DNA from: Octopus bimaculoides
Lineage: Eukaryota
DNA: 64,000 bases
NCBI RefSeq assembly: GCF_001194135.2
Contig: NC_068981.1
Location: 142,056,733-142,120,732, forward strand
Direction of reading: 5' to 3'
Below the pieces are notes generated by a model. That model did not search any database. It was not told the origin of the DNA and saw only the letters and a program-made list of their open reading frames with translations. A program made the translations under genes and the position numbers. Positions 1-12,214 of this stretch are shown piece after piece; position 1 is the first letter of the stretch, and each line of letters opens with the position of its first letter.

Positions 1-1404
1 GTTGTTTAATCTAATACTTTTCGGACTAGTGTTGTAATTGTGGTAAGTGAAGTGCGAGGGAGAAAATAACCTAGATGTACACTGGAAGCTGCTTTGTGAG
101 GCTTGAAACAATGAGACACTTGGAATTTGCTGAAGTCTTTGTGATCTCCTTTCGGTGGCATATAAAGATTTTATCTCATAGAACAAATTTTAGGTAAAAA
201 TTACACAGAAATTCTCACTTGACAAACACTGGGTGTTACTTGTGTTGTGATATAAATCGCAGAATTTTCAGAGAGTTGATCAGACCAATTCAGTATCTGC
301 TTACACGCTCAGCTACACTTTACAGAAGTCATCGTTATTTGAAGTAAGGCTTTGGCCAAGTGGCAATAGGCTAATAATATATTTTTTAATGTTTAAATGC
401 AATGATGAGTCCGCATTTTCAATGTTTAATCGAAACCATTGCATATGCCTTCAGTTCCATTTAAAAAGTTATGCCAAACATCTGTATCGGAGATAAATGA
501 AAAATATCAAACTCACCGCCTTTCCTTCAGTGATAAATTCATTGTAAAAAAAAGAAAAAAATCACTTCGGAAGGTATGAATACCACATATTTCATTTATC
601 CTCGTCCAGAAAGATATTTTTAGCTCGAGATGAAAAATTAATGAAGATAAAAAATAATTGAGAAATTGTGCTAAAGAGTTACTCTTTAACAGTGCTAACG
701 CAGATTAGAGTTAGTTAGTATTACTCATATCAATATTAATCTATTACTTTCATTATATTTCACACCATTCACAAAACTTGTGTTTTCTATACTTTTATTT
801 ATCTATTTATCTATTTATTTATTTTTGCTGCAAAAGCTGTTGTTTTTTCATTTCAACAACTGTGACTCTCTGGTGTATAACAATGACTGATATAGCTGTC
901 GATAAGATGGCGTATTATGCTGGTAATTATCTCGCTAAATATTACGACTACCACTACATTGAGGAGAATATAATATGGGGGGGGGGTTGTTTGTGTTTTA
1001 TTCCTTTATCTATTTTATTTCATCTTTAGATATTTTTGTTGTTGTTTTAGTTATTTCCTTCCTTTTGCTTTTGTTTCATTCTTGTCTCTTATGTTGCTGC
1101 TGATTTTGTCGTTGAGGCTGTGTCTAATTCACTTGGCAACATTGATGGTGGACATTACAATCATGGCGTAATGTTGAAATCAATGGCGACATGTAGTAAT
1201 GAAGGCAACAACAACACAACACACACGCACACACATCTATTACACGGAAACAATAACAAACAACAAAACAAATATGAAAACAATAACGATTGAAAAAATA
1301 ACCCCAAAACATATTCAAAACAACGATGGTTACAAAAACAGTAAAAGCAATGTTCACGCGATAATAGGATAGCAGAAGTGTATCCCTTTCCCCCACCCCC
1401 AGTA

Positions 1405-1472
<68 letters not shown>
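1405..1472. repeat. (TATC)n tetranucleotide microsatellite
   Basis: Uninterrupted tatc repeats read directly. Confidence 0.97.
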
Positions 1473-2069
1473 AAGGCGTGACATCTCGGATACGTAGACA
1501 AAGAAGTCTGTTAGAGAAAGTATTAAATTGATCCCATTCTCATATAGATGATTGATAATTAAAGGAGAATTAAAAGATTCTGATTATTACAGGATGAAAC
1601 AAAGAGGATGGGACATAGAGAGAAGAGAAAGAGCATGAACAAAGAGTAAAGCAAAAACGCAGACGACAGAAATAGGTCTTGGTAAATTAGGAGACAAAAT
1701 ATAATTACAGCCAGTGAAGACAAAACAATCGACGAATTCGAATTTTGAAACAAAGCTGGGCGTATTAATACGAAGAGTAATATGAGAGAGACAAAAGAGT
1801 TATAGGGAGGTAGTGAGAGAGAAGGGAGAAAGAGAGTAAAAACGTGAGTGTCCCAGGGCTGTTTGGTCATTTAGTATCGGGAACACAGCTTTCATTTTAA
1901 TGTCTACGTTTATTTGATGCTTAAAGCTAAGTTTTAAGGTAATAAAACTGAATTCACTTTAATAAAATAAATTTTGAGTTCCGAAAATGAATGTTATATG
2001 GATACATGTGCGTATGAACGTCCGTATTTATACTCTGTACATTTGTATGTTTGTATGTTTACTTGAATA

Positions 2070-2165
2070 TACGTATATGCATAGTACACAACATGGAATA
2101 CAGTTTTGTATATATATATATATATACAAAACTGTATTCCATATTGTGTACTATGCATATACGTA
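2070..2165. repeat. 96-bp near-perfect palindrome centred on a (TA)n tract
   Basis: Left arm tacgtatatgcatagtacacaacatggaatacagttttgtata is the reverse complement of the right arm tatacaaaactgtattccatattgtgtactatgcatatacgta, with one mismatch (C2092/A2143) and no spacer. Confidence 0.95.
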
Positions 2166-2219
2166 CATACGTACATTTATCCATTTATACGTACATGTAT
2201 TTATTTATATACATGTATC

Positions 2220-2352
<133 letters not shown>

Positions 2353-3411
2353 CATATAATAACATAAAGCCACCTACACTTTTCTCTGCAAAATAGGGAT
2401 AGTTTATCCTGTTCAGGCTATATTATTAGCGTTATTCTGCGATTGAGAATTTAAAATCACTTCTTTAACTTTATGAATAATATTATTTATGTTATTATAT
2501 GATCAAACGCCACGAATCCGTTTCCAAGTAAGTTTTATCTTATAGATACATGTAGATATATATGAGAGAGAAAGGGACCACTACACGTTACTTAAGTCTA
2601 ATACGATTACCTATTAAGTAAATCAACTAATCATCCGATATCATTATAGGTTAACACTGTTAACCATGATTCCACCAAAGCCATTAACTTTACGAGAAAA
2701 ATGGGACAAAACAATAAAAAAATCACAATCAAACATATCAAACATGCATTCCCATCATCAGCTGCCAAACAGATGTCACTATATTTCCGATATCTGGTCA
2801 GTTCAATTCAATTCAGTGACGTCAATAGCGTTAAAAACGTAGACGCTGCCTGGCAATCAACAAAAATCAGTAAGAGCGAAATATTAGCATAGTATGTCCA
2901 TGCACCAACCTCTGTTTATTAATATCAACAACATCATATTATACAAATTACTTTGAACTTATAGTTAGTAAATATTACTTATATAACAAAAACTTCGTCC
3001 AAATATGTACATTGTGATAGTAAATTTAAAGTACAAAATATAACTAGTAAACTAAAACTAGAGGAAAACTTAATCAATCACTGGCACATAACATGATAAC
3101 AGCAAACTTAGACTAATTAACGAACATAGACTGATATGTTGTCCCATAATCTTTATTATATGAGAAACACTGAGCCAAATCCAAAACTAGTCTCATATAA
3201 ACTAGAGGAACAGTATAAGCTTTAACCAGGAAATGAAAAAAATCGAAAGCATAGGTCAATATATCAATATCTACAAAACATATGTTCAATTGAATAAAAG
3301 AAATTAACCGAATAAATTGCTAATATGCGTGGTAGGTGAAAACATCACTGAAAATTAAATCTGAAACATGGAATACCGGTTATTGAAGACTTCATCATCC
3401 TACCTGCACGC

Positions 3412-3447
<36 letters not shown>

Positions 3448-4153
3448 TATAGTATAGTATAGTATAATATAGTATCGTGGAAGCAGCTATATCTGTTGTG
3501 AAAAAAGATTAGCTCAAACTATGTTTGCTATATATTATTCTCTACTTGTTTGAATCAATGCAGATAGGGCATGCCAGTGGTCTGTCAAAATATAATACAC
3601 GAATACGTAGTAAGAAATGCAGTATTCATTGAAGAAGAACGGGAACGTAGTGGTAGAGGGAAGTAACTCAATAATGCAAGATATTTTTGCTCGCTACAGT
3701 ATTGATTGTGCCATATGTTTGCAATGTATTTTCACGTGTAATAATACAAACATGTATACACGCACACACACATACACATATGCACGCATATAAACATGCA
3801 CAAAATATTAAAAAGCATCACTCAACAGTAAGCCTGATANNNNNNNNNNNNNNNNNNNNNNNNNNNNNNNNNNNNNNNNNNNNNNNNNNNNNNNNNNNNN
3901 NNNNNNNNNNNNNNNNNNNNNNNNNNNNNNNNNNNNNNNNNNNNNNNNNNNNNNNNNNNNNNNNNNNNNNNNNNNNNNNNNNNNNNNNNNNNNNNNNNNN
4001 NNNNNNNNNNNNNNNNNNNNNNNNNNNNNNNNNNNNNNNNNNNNNNNNNNNNNNNNNNNNNNNNNNNNNNNNNNNNNNNNNNNNNNNNNNNNNNNNNNNN
4101 NNNNNNNNNNNNNNNNNNNNNNNNNNNNNNNNNNNNNNNNNNNNNNNNNNNNN

Positions 4154-4217
<64 letters not shown>

Positions 4218-6158
4218 GAGCGAGAGAGAGAGAGAGAGATACATACATATATATACATGTATATATATATTATATATAGTGTATTCTATAATTTATTTTA
4301 TAGCTATTTTTTTATCTTCTTCACATTTATTTTCCGTTTTCATGTATTTAATATGTAAAAAATATAGAAATCCCGCTTGTTCTGCCAGATTGAATGGTTT
4401 ACCAACTAATTGAATGCCGAGTTAAATATATTCTAATGCTGCGCTCGATCGATAAGAAACATGTTTTGTTATATATATATATATATATCTTCACACACGT
4501 GTATGCATGGGTAATACAGAGAGCGTACATGCAAATACACACACCTATGTGATATATATGCAATCATATATGTTGCTACAGACACTTCCTCCCTATGTGG
4601 TTGTGTGTCGTTCGTTCTTTTAATGAATGGAGCCTACCATTCTGCCTTGCCAAATGGTATGATGGCATTGGAAAAGATTACCTGATTCTTTGGCACTTGT
4701 CTAGTATCTGTGTCATATCAACTATGCTTATATTAAAGCTATCTACCTGTCTTTCTAGCTACGCGAGCGCACACACACACGTACATACACTCACTCACAG
4801 ATCGATATATATGTAGATAGATAGATAGATAGATATCGTAAGCATGTCCTCAGAAACTTTGACAATCACGCGCGCGTGTGTGTGTGTGTGTGTACTTGAA
4901 GAGGTATCTTTTATGAATGCATGTATATTGATATATTAATATGTATCGTAGTAAAAACAGTTGTATTACGGAAATGCTAAATAATACCTGTGAATCCATA
5001 TCATTTGAATCCTTTTAGTATTTTGCATACAGACTCACTAACACACACACACACACGATGACTGTCTACTCGTAGCCAAGGAAAAAAACATCCCCTGTGC
5101 ACTCAGCTAATATTACATTCTACACTAGGGGCTCCACTTTCGACTGACGAGCCAAGGTGTTAAGCATACTAGTCTACTGATACGGCAGGCCAAGTTCTCG
5201 CATTCACTACACTGTGTGTGTATGTATGTACGCACACACACACTCACACATATATATGTGAATACATCATGGGTCAGCTGGCCGAAACTTCGAAGTCACT
5301 GTCAACAACATTCTTGTTCAAGAGATATCTATAGAGATATATATGGCTTACTCTACGAAAGTATAGAGCTGCCCATGAGATTAATGTCAAATTCTTTTTA
5401 TTATAAATAAACATTAAAACAAATATTATATATATATACATATATATATANNNNNNNNNNNNNNNNNNNNNNNNNNNNNNNNNNNNNNNNNNNNNNNNNN
5501 NNNNNNNNNNNNNNNNNNNNNNNNNNNNNNNNNNNNNNNNNNNNNNNNNNNNTATACTGTTCTAGTACTGTTCTCTACATTCTATCGACAAATTATTCAG
5601 TGAAAACTTGGCAAATGGTTCTAAAATGAATTCGTTAATGTATTTTAAATAACTAGTCTTTACTTTTATACCGGATAAACATGTCATTAAAAGTTAAATG
5701 TATTGATTCATTCACATTTTAATGAAATATCAGTTTTTCCAAAATTAATAAACATTTCTATTAAAACGATCTATATTACGCTTGAATATTCTACGCTTCT
5801 TTCTTCCGCTTTAAGTTTGATAATAATTAACTCTACGTAAGTATATTAATTCATCGAAGTATAATGGTTGCCATGTAATAGCCGGTTCAATTCGTTTCAC
5901 CGTTCTTCTACAAAAAAAGCATGCATAAGTAAGTTGAGAAACAGTAGATAATGGCATTCTCGGTATATTATATCCGAAAGAAAGAGAGGATGATCAGGGC
6001 TAGCCTTGAATTACAGATCAAGTCGTGAGAATATAACATGGGGCAGGATTAAAACATCATGAACGCGGTAAAAATGATTAGACAACTCAGATATATAAAA
6101 GTGATTAGTTCAAAAATTTTCAGTGGTTAACCTGAGATATGTCGAAATCATTGGCATA

Positions 6159-6540
6159 GGCACAGGCATCACTGTGTGGTTAGGAAGCTTGCTTCCTAAA
6201 CATGTCATACTGGATTCAGTCACATTTCGAATCACCTTGGGCATGGGTTTTGCACTATATCTCCGGGATGATCAAAGATTTTTCAAATGATTTGGCAGTC
6301 GGAAACAGAAAGAAGCCCGTCGTATATGTATATGTGTGTATTTCTACTTGCGTTTGTCACAAACCACTGCTTAACAACCGCTGTTGGTTTGTTTATTTCC
6401 TTGTAATTTAATGGTTCGGCAAAAGCACCGATAGATGATGCACTAGGTTTTGAAATTATAAATACCGGGGTCGATTTGGTCTACTAAACCCTTCAAGGCG
6501 ATATCACAGAATAGCCTCTTACTTTAAAGCGGTGTTACAG
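6159..6540 (+). mobile_element. Diverged tRNA-derived SINE, family B (CORE-like central domain)
   Basis: Head ggcacaggcatcactgtgtggttaggaagcttgcttcc; central caccttgggca resembles the CORE-SINE ACCTTGGGCAAG motif; then ggaaacagaaagaagcccgtcgtata and a 3' part ggttcggcaaaagcaccgatag...ggggtcgatttg. A related copy lies on the minus strand at ~25735-25910. Confidence 0.8.
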
Positions 6541-6769
6541 AAATAAAATATAGGTCTTCTCCCAGGTAAACATTTCAGTTTTGTCTACAATCAGAAACAA
6601 ATGACATTCCGGTTCACATGCATTTCGGGAATTCATTCCTCGCAGGCAGTTAGTTTCTACAGTGAAAGCAGATAGCCCAATATCAAAAGGCAAGATATTC
6701 ATGCATATATATCTTCCTTTCAAACCGCAACTTCAGAATTTCTAAAACAATTCCTTCTCTTCCAAGGAT

Positions 6770-6807
<38 letters not shown>

Positions 6808-7006
6808 NNNNNNNNNNNNNNNNNNNNNNNNNNNNNNNNNNNNNNNNNNNNNNNNNNNNNNNNNNNNNNNNNNNNNNNNNNNNNNNNNNNNNNNNNNNNN
6901 NNNNNNNNNNNNNNNNNNNNNNNNNNNNNNNNNNNNNNNNNNNNNNNNNNNNNNNNNNNNNNNNNNNNNNNNNNNNNNNNNNNNNNNNNNNNNNNNNNNN
7001 NNNNNN

Positions 7007-7079
<73 letters not shown>

Positions 7080-7732
7080 CGTTATGCTTATATACAATGC
7101 CATGTATGCTTATGAATGCACGTTTGTATACATTTATGTATTTCCAAGTATTTATGTTTATATGTTCATGTGATCGACAGGCTGAAAATAGTAGTGCGCT
7201 AATTAATACATTTAAATTCATAAAATAGGTACAAGGCTGAAACTAGGACTCGAGCTGATATTATAGAAAAAAAGACACTTGAAAACCGTGCTGGCGAATG
7301 GCCACAATCGAACAACTAAAACCAATAAAAGGAAGAATAACTATATGTCTCCCTGTCTATATATCTTGACATATGTGCTATTCATTATTACTATTTATTA
7401 TTATTGCTTACAAACAATACACAATGCTTCAAGCGAACTACAATATTCTCCTATATATATATATGATGTTGAGGATGGCAAAATATTGTGGTTCACCACC
7501 CAATTGCACTTCGAACATCCACTGCAGAGGATGGAATTAACAATGTTCAAACGTATGGAGGAAACAAATGATCATGTGTTTATTATAACTCTTCTTACAT
7601 TTTCACTGAATATCATAAACAGCCATACTGCTGATATAGCAGTAACCACTTCGCTTTATTCGAAAGAGACTAGATGCTGATACGCTACGTGGAACTCTAA
7701 ATTGGCCAGTTACAGTCGTACATACAACTGCA

Positions 7733-7778
<46 letters not shown>

Positions 7779-8151
7779 CATACGCGCGCATGCGCATACA
7801 TACAAACGTATATATATATATGTGTGTGTGTGTGTGTATGTGCAGTTCCTAAAATACAAGCAATAATAATAATAATAATAACAATAATAAAGACAGTGAA
7901 ATAAGCAACCAAATGTGCTGAATAACTATATCCGCCTAATTATAGTGACACCGCAGAGAAAAGAAGTGTCAAGTTATATGTCTTTCAAATCTTCATTCAC
8001 TCGAGTACTTTACCATCTTACGGTTGTTTGCGTGAGAATTCTTTAGAATCCCTATAAAGGAACTTAGCGATAAAACAACTTTGAAGAATCTAACATGCTA
8101 TGTTAAGCTTCTTCAAATTACCCAGTAACTGGCAAGAGCCGTGCGCGCGCG

Positions 8152-8193
<42 letters not shown>

Positions 8194-8297
8194 GGGTAAC
8201 TATGTAAAATTTATTTTCCAAAATTGTAAGTGTATTCCGGTTTCATCTAGTTCTTTTTCTAAAGATCGTAGTGTTACATTATTACTAGATATTGCCA

Positions 8298-8358
<61 letters not shown>

Positions 8359-8360
<2 letters not shown>

Positions 8361-8790
8361 GGCGGCGAGTTGGTAGAATACTTAGTACGCTGGACGAAAT
8401 GCTTAGCGGTATTTCGTCCGTCGAAGGCGGCGAGCTGGCAGAAACGTCAGCACGCCGGGCGAAATGCTTTGCGGTATTTCGTCTGCCACTGCGTTNNNNN
8501 NNNNNNNNNNNNNNNNNNNNNNNNNNNNNNNNNNNNNNNNNNNNNNNNNNNNNNNNNNNNNNNNNNNNNNNNNNNNNNNNNNNNNNNNNNNNNNNNNNNN
8601 NNNNNNNNNNNNNNNNNNNNNNNNNNNNNNNNNNNNNNNNNNNNNNNNNNNNNNNNNNNNNNNNNNNNNNNNNNNNNNNNNNNNNNNNNNNNNNNNNNNN
8701 NNNNNNNNNNNNNNNNNNNNNNNNNNNNNNNGCTGAACACTAGGTTAGACGTAATCGACTAATCCACTTTCCCAAAAATGGCTACTCATG
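8359..8790 (+). mobile_element. SINE family A: two consecutive 5' heads (8359-8422 and 8423-8495), a gap, then a 3' remnant
   Basis: aaggcggcgagttggtagaatacttagtacgctggacgaaatgcttagcggtatttcgtc is followed at once by gaaggcggcgagctggcagaaacgtcagcacgccgggcgaaatgctttgcggtatttcgtc; both match copies at 21644-21868 and 22251-22470. Confidence 0.88.
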
Positions 8791-8809
8791 TCGCAAAATT
8801 TGAAACCTT

Positions 8810-9375
8810 CATTATTATTGAGTGAGAGAGCAATGCCTGCCATCAAAGTGACATTGGAGTAAAATATACGAAGCCCAATATACCCATCATGACAACCCGT
8901 CTGATAAGGGTACACCAGGCACATGCATCAGAACCATGTGTGCGATATGATGATCACATATCAAGATAAACAGTGCATGACCTTGCAGGTGGGGCCCAGT
9001 TAGAATCTTCCTCAAATGGAGTTGCCCATCCTGTTCAAAGGTCCCTGAGTAAGGGTTGTTTAAGGATGTTGAACGAAACACCTATGTTTCCAGAGGTGAA
9101 TTATCCAAACCCCCAAAATTCCTCTCAGCATATGTCTATGATGCTCCCCCACTACTTCTGCTCGTGATCAGAGGTGCACATATCGTCAGCCACTAAGGGA
9201 CATGCTCAACTGATTAAGGTCAAACAACTGATAAGCAAATCTGTGGTATTGAGCAGAATATTTGCTGTAGTCCCTCTTTTATACCAAGACAAAACAGCGT
9301 ACATGATTACGCTTCCAGTCAGTTCAGATGAGAAACTATGAGAGCTATTGTCTGGTACTGCATCAGGGCGTAGGT
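8810..9375 (-). mobile_element. Non-autonomous interspersed repeat with (AAT)n 3' tail (family D), apparently full length
   Basis: Clearly homologous to 21468-22170 (shared blocks such as catgaccttgcaggtggg, tacttctgctcgtgatcag, aagggacatgctc, aagcaaatctgt). On the minus strand it ends ...ctctcactcaataataat and is bounded at its 5' end by an (AAT)n(GAT)n tract. No long ORF. Confidence 0.85.
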
Positions 9376-9377
9376 AT

Positions 9378-9378
<1 letters not shown>

Positions 9379-9442
<64 letters not shown>

Positions 9443-9454
9443 TATTATTATTAT
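9379..9454. repeat. (ATC)n grading into (ATT)n microsatellite
   Basis: Read directly. Confidence 0.95.
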
Positions 9455-10483
9455 ATGAGATGATCTTCTGAAAAACGACATATTCGTTCTGATCGTTAAC
9501 ATCAGATTTCTTTCAGCATTTACAATATAGATTTTCCGTAACTGTCTGGTATGAGCCTATTCTCTAGCTAGCGCTAGCTAGCTTTGTAAACAGCTTTCTA
9601 TCTTAGTTTGCTTGTAATATAACTTTTATGGCTTAACACTGTGCTAATTAGTCTATCGCATAAGGAAAATCGAGCTAAGGGAAATAATCAAAATAAGAGA
9701 AAAAAAAAAGAACATTGGTGAAAAACATTATGCAAGTATTAATGCACGTAAAATTTGTTCATCAGTATTTCTTGAGGAATTGAAATTTCCTATTTAAAGA
9801 ACGGAAACAATAGCCTATGTGTAATCATTATAAAATGGCAGATAACTACAAAAATAATGAATAAAATATACTAATTATCATGCTAAAAAGAAATATGGTC
9901 GTTGTTAGTGGGGTCTTTGACGACAACGAACTTGTTCGAGCAGTTTGATTTCTCTTGGACTCCTTTTTGTTTTGCGTTGTGGTGATGCCTTATTGTACAT
10001 GTACGGCAAGCAGTATACAAAATGTAGCATCTGTCTAACTATGTTAATAAATACAATCTTGGTGTTTACTATTTAAATTTGTACAAATATATTGGTAAAT
10101 GACATTAATTATCGAAAATTGAATGGGCGGCATCCAAGCTTTGTGGTCTTTTGATAGTGACTTTGATGATGATTTTGATAATTACTTTGTTTTTGTAGTA
10201 CGTTAATAATATATGATGATGGAATATAATGCATATAATATTCTGTTGGATGATATTGAAAATAACATAGTCACCTATCCTATATCCAGTGTTGTTTTGT
10301 TCATATATTACATATTGTGTGGATCATTTGTTATAACTAGGTATTTTTATTGCTGTATTTACTGTGTTCATTTTGTTTCTGTGCTGCTATGTAATTTGGT
10401 ATATTAAATTCTTTGTATTCCTATTGTTCATTAGAATTTCATTTACTCTGTAATAATTCTTTTAATTATTTTTTTGTTTGCAG

Positions 10484-10566
10484 TGCTTCATTTGTGGAGG
10501 AGAATCTAAAGGCTCTTCTGAGTAAAGGATTTTACACATATCTATGTGGACATTCACTAACTCCAT
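10484..10566 (+). other. Candidate internal exon (83 nt)
   Basis: T-rich acceptor ttttttttgtttgcag| and donor |gtaagt. One frame is fully open (ASFVEENLKALLSKGFYTYLCGHSLTP, phase 2 to 1). No homology recognised. Confidence 0.35.
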
Positions 10567-10801
10567 GTAAGTAATGTCATTTATTTATAAATCGTGTCAG
10601 TATAACTTGTAGAAAATTTGTGCTTGTTTTTCAACCACCGGGTAAACATTATTGCATAGGGTCATCATAGAAAGCTTACCAAATGTATGCACGACCACGC
10701 ATACGTGGATAAAGGAATGGAACGGTCATTTGTGTCTAGGACAGTATTTTCCTCAAAAAGATTTTCGATATCACTGGACATTCAGTAATTTTGTTTCTTA
10801 G

Positions 10802-10895
10802 AAATTTGCGAGTATTTCGTTGACCTCACCGCAAAGCATTATGCAAGAACATATATTCGATGTGCCCGTTTGTGTTTAATACTTTGGGAAATAGG
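10802..10895 (+). other. Candidate internal exon (94 nt)
   Basis: Acceptor aattttgtttcttag| and donor agg|gtaaga. The single open frame (ICEYFVDLTAKHYARTYIRCARLCLILWEIG, phase 1 to 2) is closed by in-frame stops just outside both splice sites. Confidence 0.35.
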
Positions 10896-11358
10896 GTAAG
10901 ATACCGAAATTTAGAAACAATTTCCACATTGAGAAATTTATCTTATGAAAAAATAGTAATAAACTGAAGAATGTGATCGGAATTGTTTTATAAGTTAGTA
11001 ATCTACGATTAATAATTACATATATGTGTGTGGTTGTGTATTTTACTTGACTACAACTGCATATCTTCCTGAGATTTGAAGAAATGGGAAGCTAGACGAT
11101 TCTATTAACAGAGAATCACGTGTTTACTCCAGAAATTTTCAGCATGTCTGTATATTAGCTCATATGTGTATGAGTACTTGTCTGTAGTTTGTGTGCGTGG
11201 GGGTGCAATAATTGGCTGACTTTTTAAATAACAAAACCTACAGCTTTGTAAGCTACTAGCAATCTCCCTAGACATTACAATTAATTGGTAAGAGATAAAA
11301 TATACGATTTGTTTAACGTATTCTGGAAATAAACAAAGCAAAAAGTTGATTCTCGTGT

Positions 11359-11412
11359 ATGTATGTATGTATGTATGTATGTATGTATGTATGTATGTAT
11401 GTATGTATGTAT
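11359..11412. repeat. (GTAT)n microsatellite
   Basis: Read directly. Confidence 0.95.
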
Positions 11413-11961
11413 AAAATTTTATTCATATATATATATATGAAATTTTATATTTACTTTTAGTTTTATTGTAAAAGAAGGGATAGTACACCTGAAGTAATAT
11501 ACGTTGATGGAAGAGAATATCCTGGTAAAATGCGTATAAAATTAAAATCTGCGTTGGTGCAGAAGAGATATTGTTAGATTAGGGCGTGACTTACTTTGTG
11601 TAGTTTTATATTTCAAACACTAAGAGTGTAGGTATGATCAGACACAGACACATTTTCCAAAACTGAATTAAGAATTTAGTTTTGATACAAAAAAATAGGT
11701 TCTTGGTTCATTCCTACAATATGGGACAGAGGTAATTAAGTGTCTACATTCATATAAATTTATATGACACCAACGTCGCATGGAGTAAGAACGAACAATG
11801 TCGCTTTAAAAAGTGAAGGTAACTACTTAACAAAGACACGAAATATATTATTCGAAACGATAGTGGCGAACAGTGATGATGAGAGCTCAAAAATGCATTG
11901 GTGAATATATATTTTATTTGTGGATTGACAATACTTTATGCCCAATACCGCATTTGGTGAG

Positions 11962-12040
<79 letters not shown>

Positions 12041-12049
<9 letters not shown>

Positions 12050-12214
12050 TATTTCTGGGGTTAACAAGGCAACCAAATGTTTCATGTCAAGAGACCTCCA
12101 CAATTGTTTAACGGTGCTACCTGTAAGTGCTGCAACTCGTCTCCTTTATGTATGAGAAAATCCCTTCGTATGAAACCGTTGGCCGTGTTGTTAACCCGCA
12201 AATAAAGTAATATA
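12041..12214. mobile_element. MITE-like element with ~45-bp imperfect terminal inverted repeats, in a TA context
   Basis: Left tatattgtttatttctggggttaacaaggcaaccaaatgtttcat versus reverse complement of the right end tatattactttatttgcgggttaacaacacggccaacggtttcat; TA runs flank both ends. Confidence 0.6.

Noticed and set aside
2817-2824. Perfect CRE palindrome TGACGTCA
   Set aside because: A single 8-mer is expected by chance in 64 kb, and no other promoter evidence is nearby.
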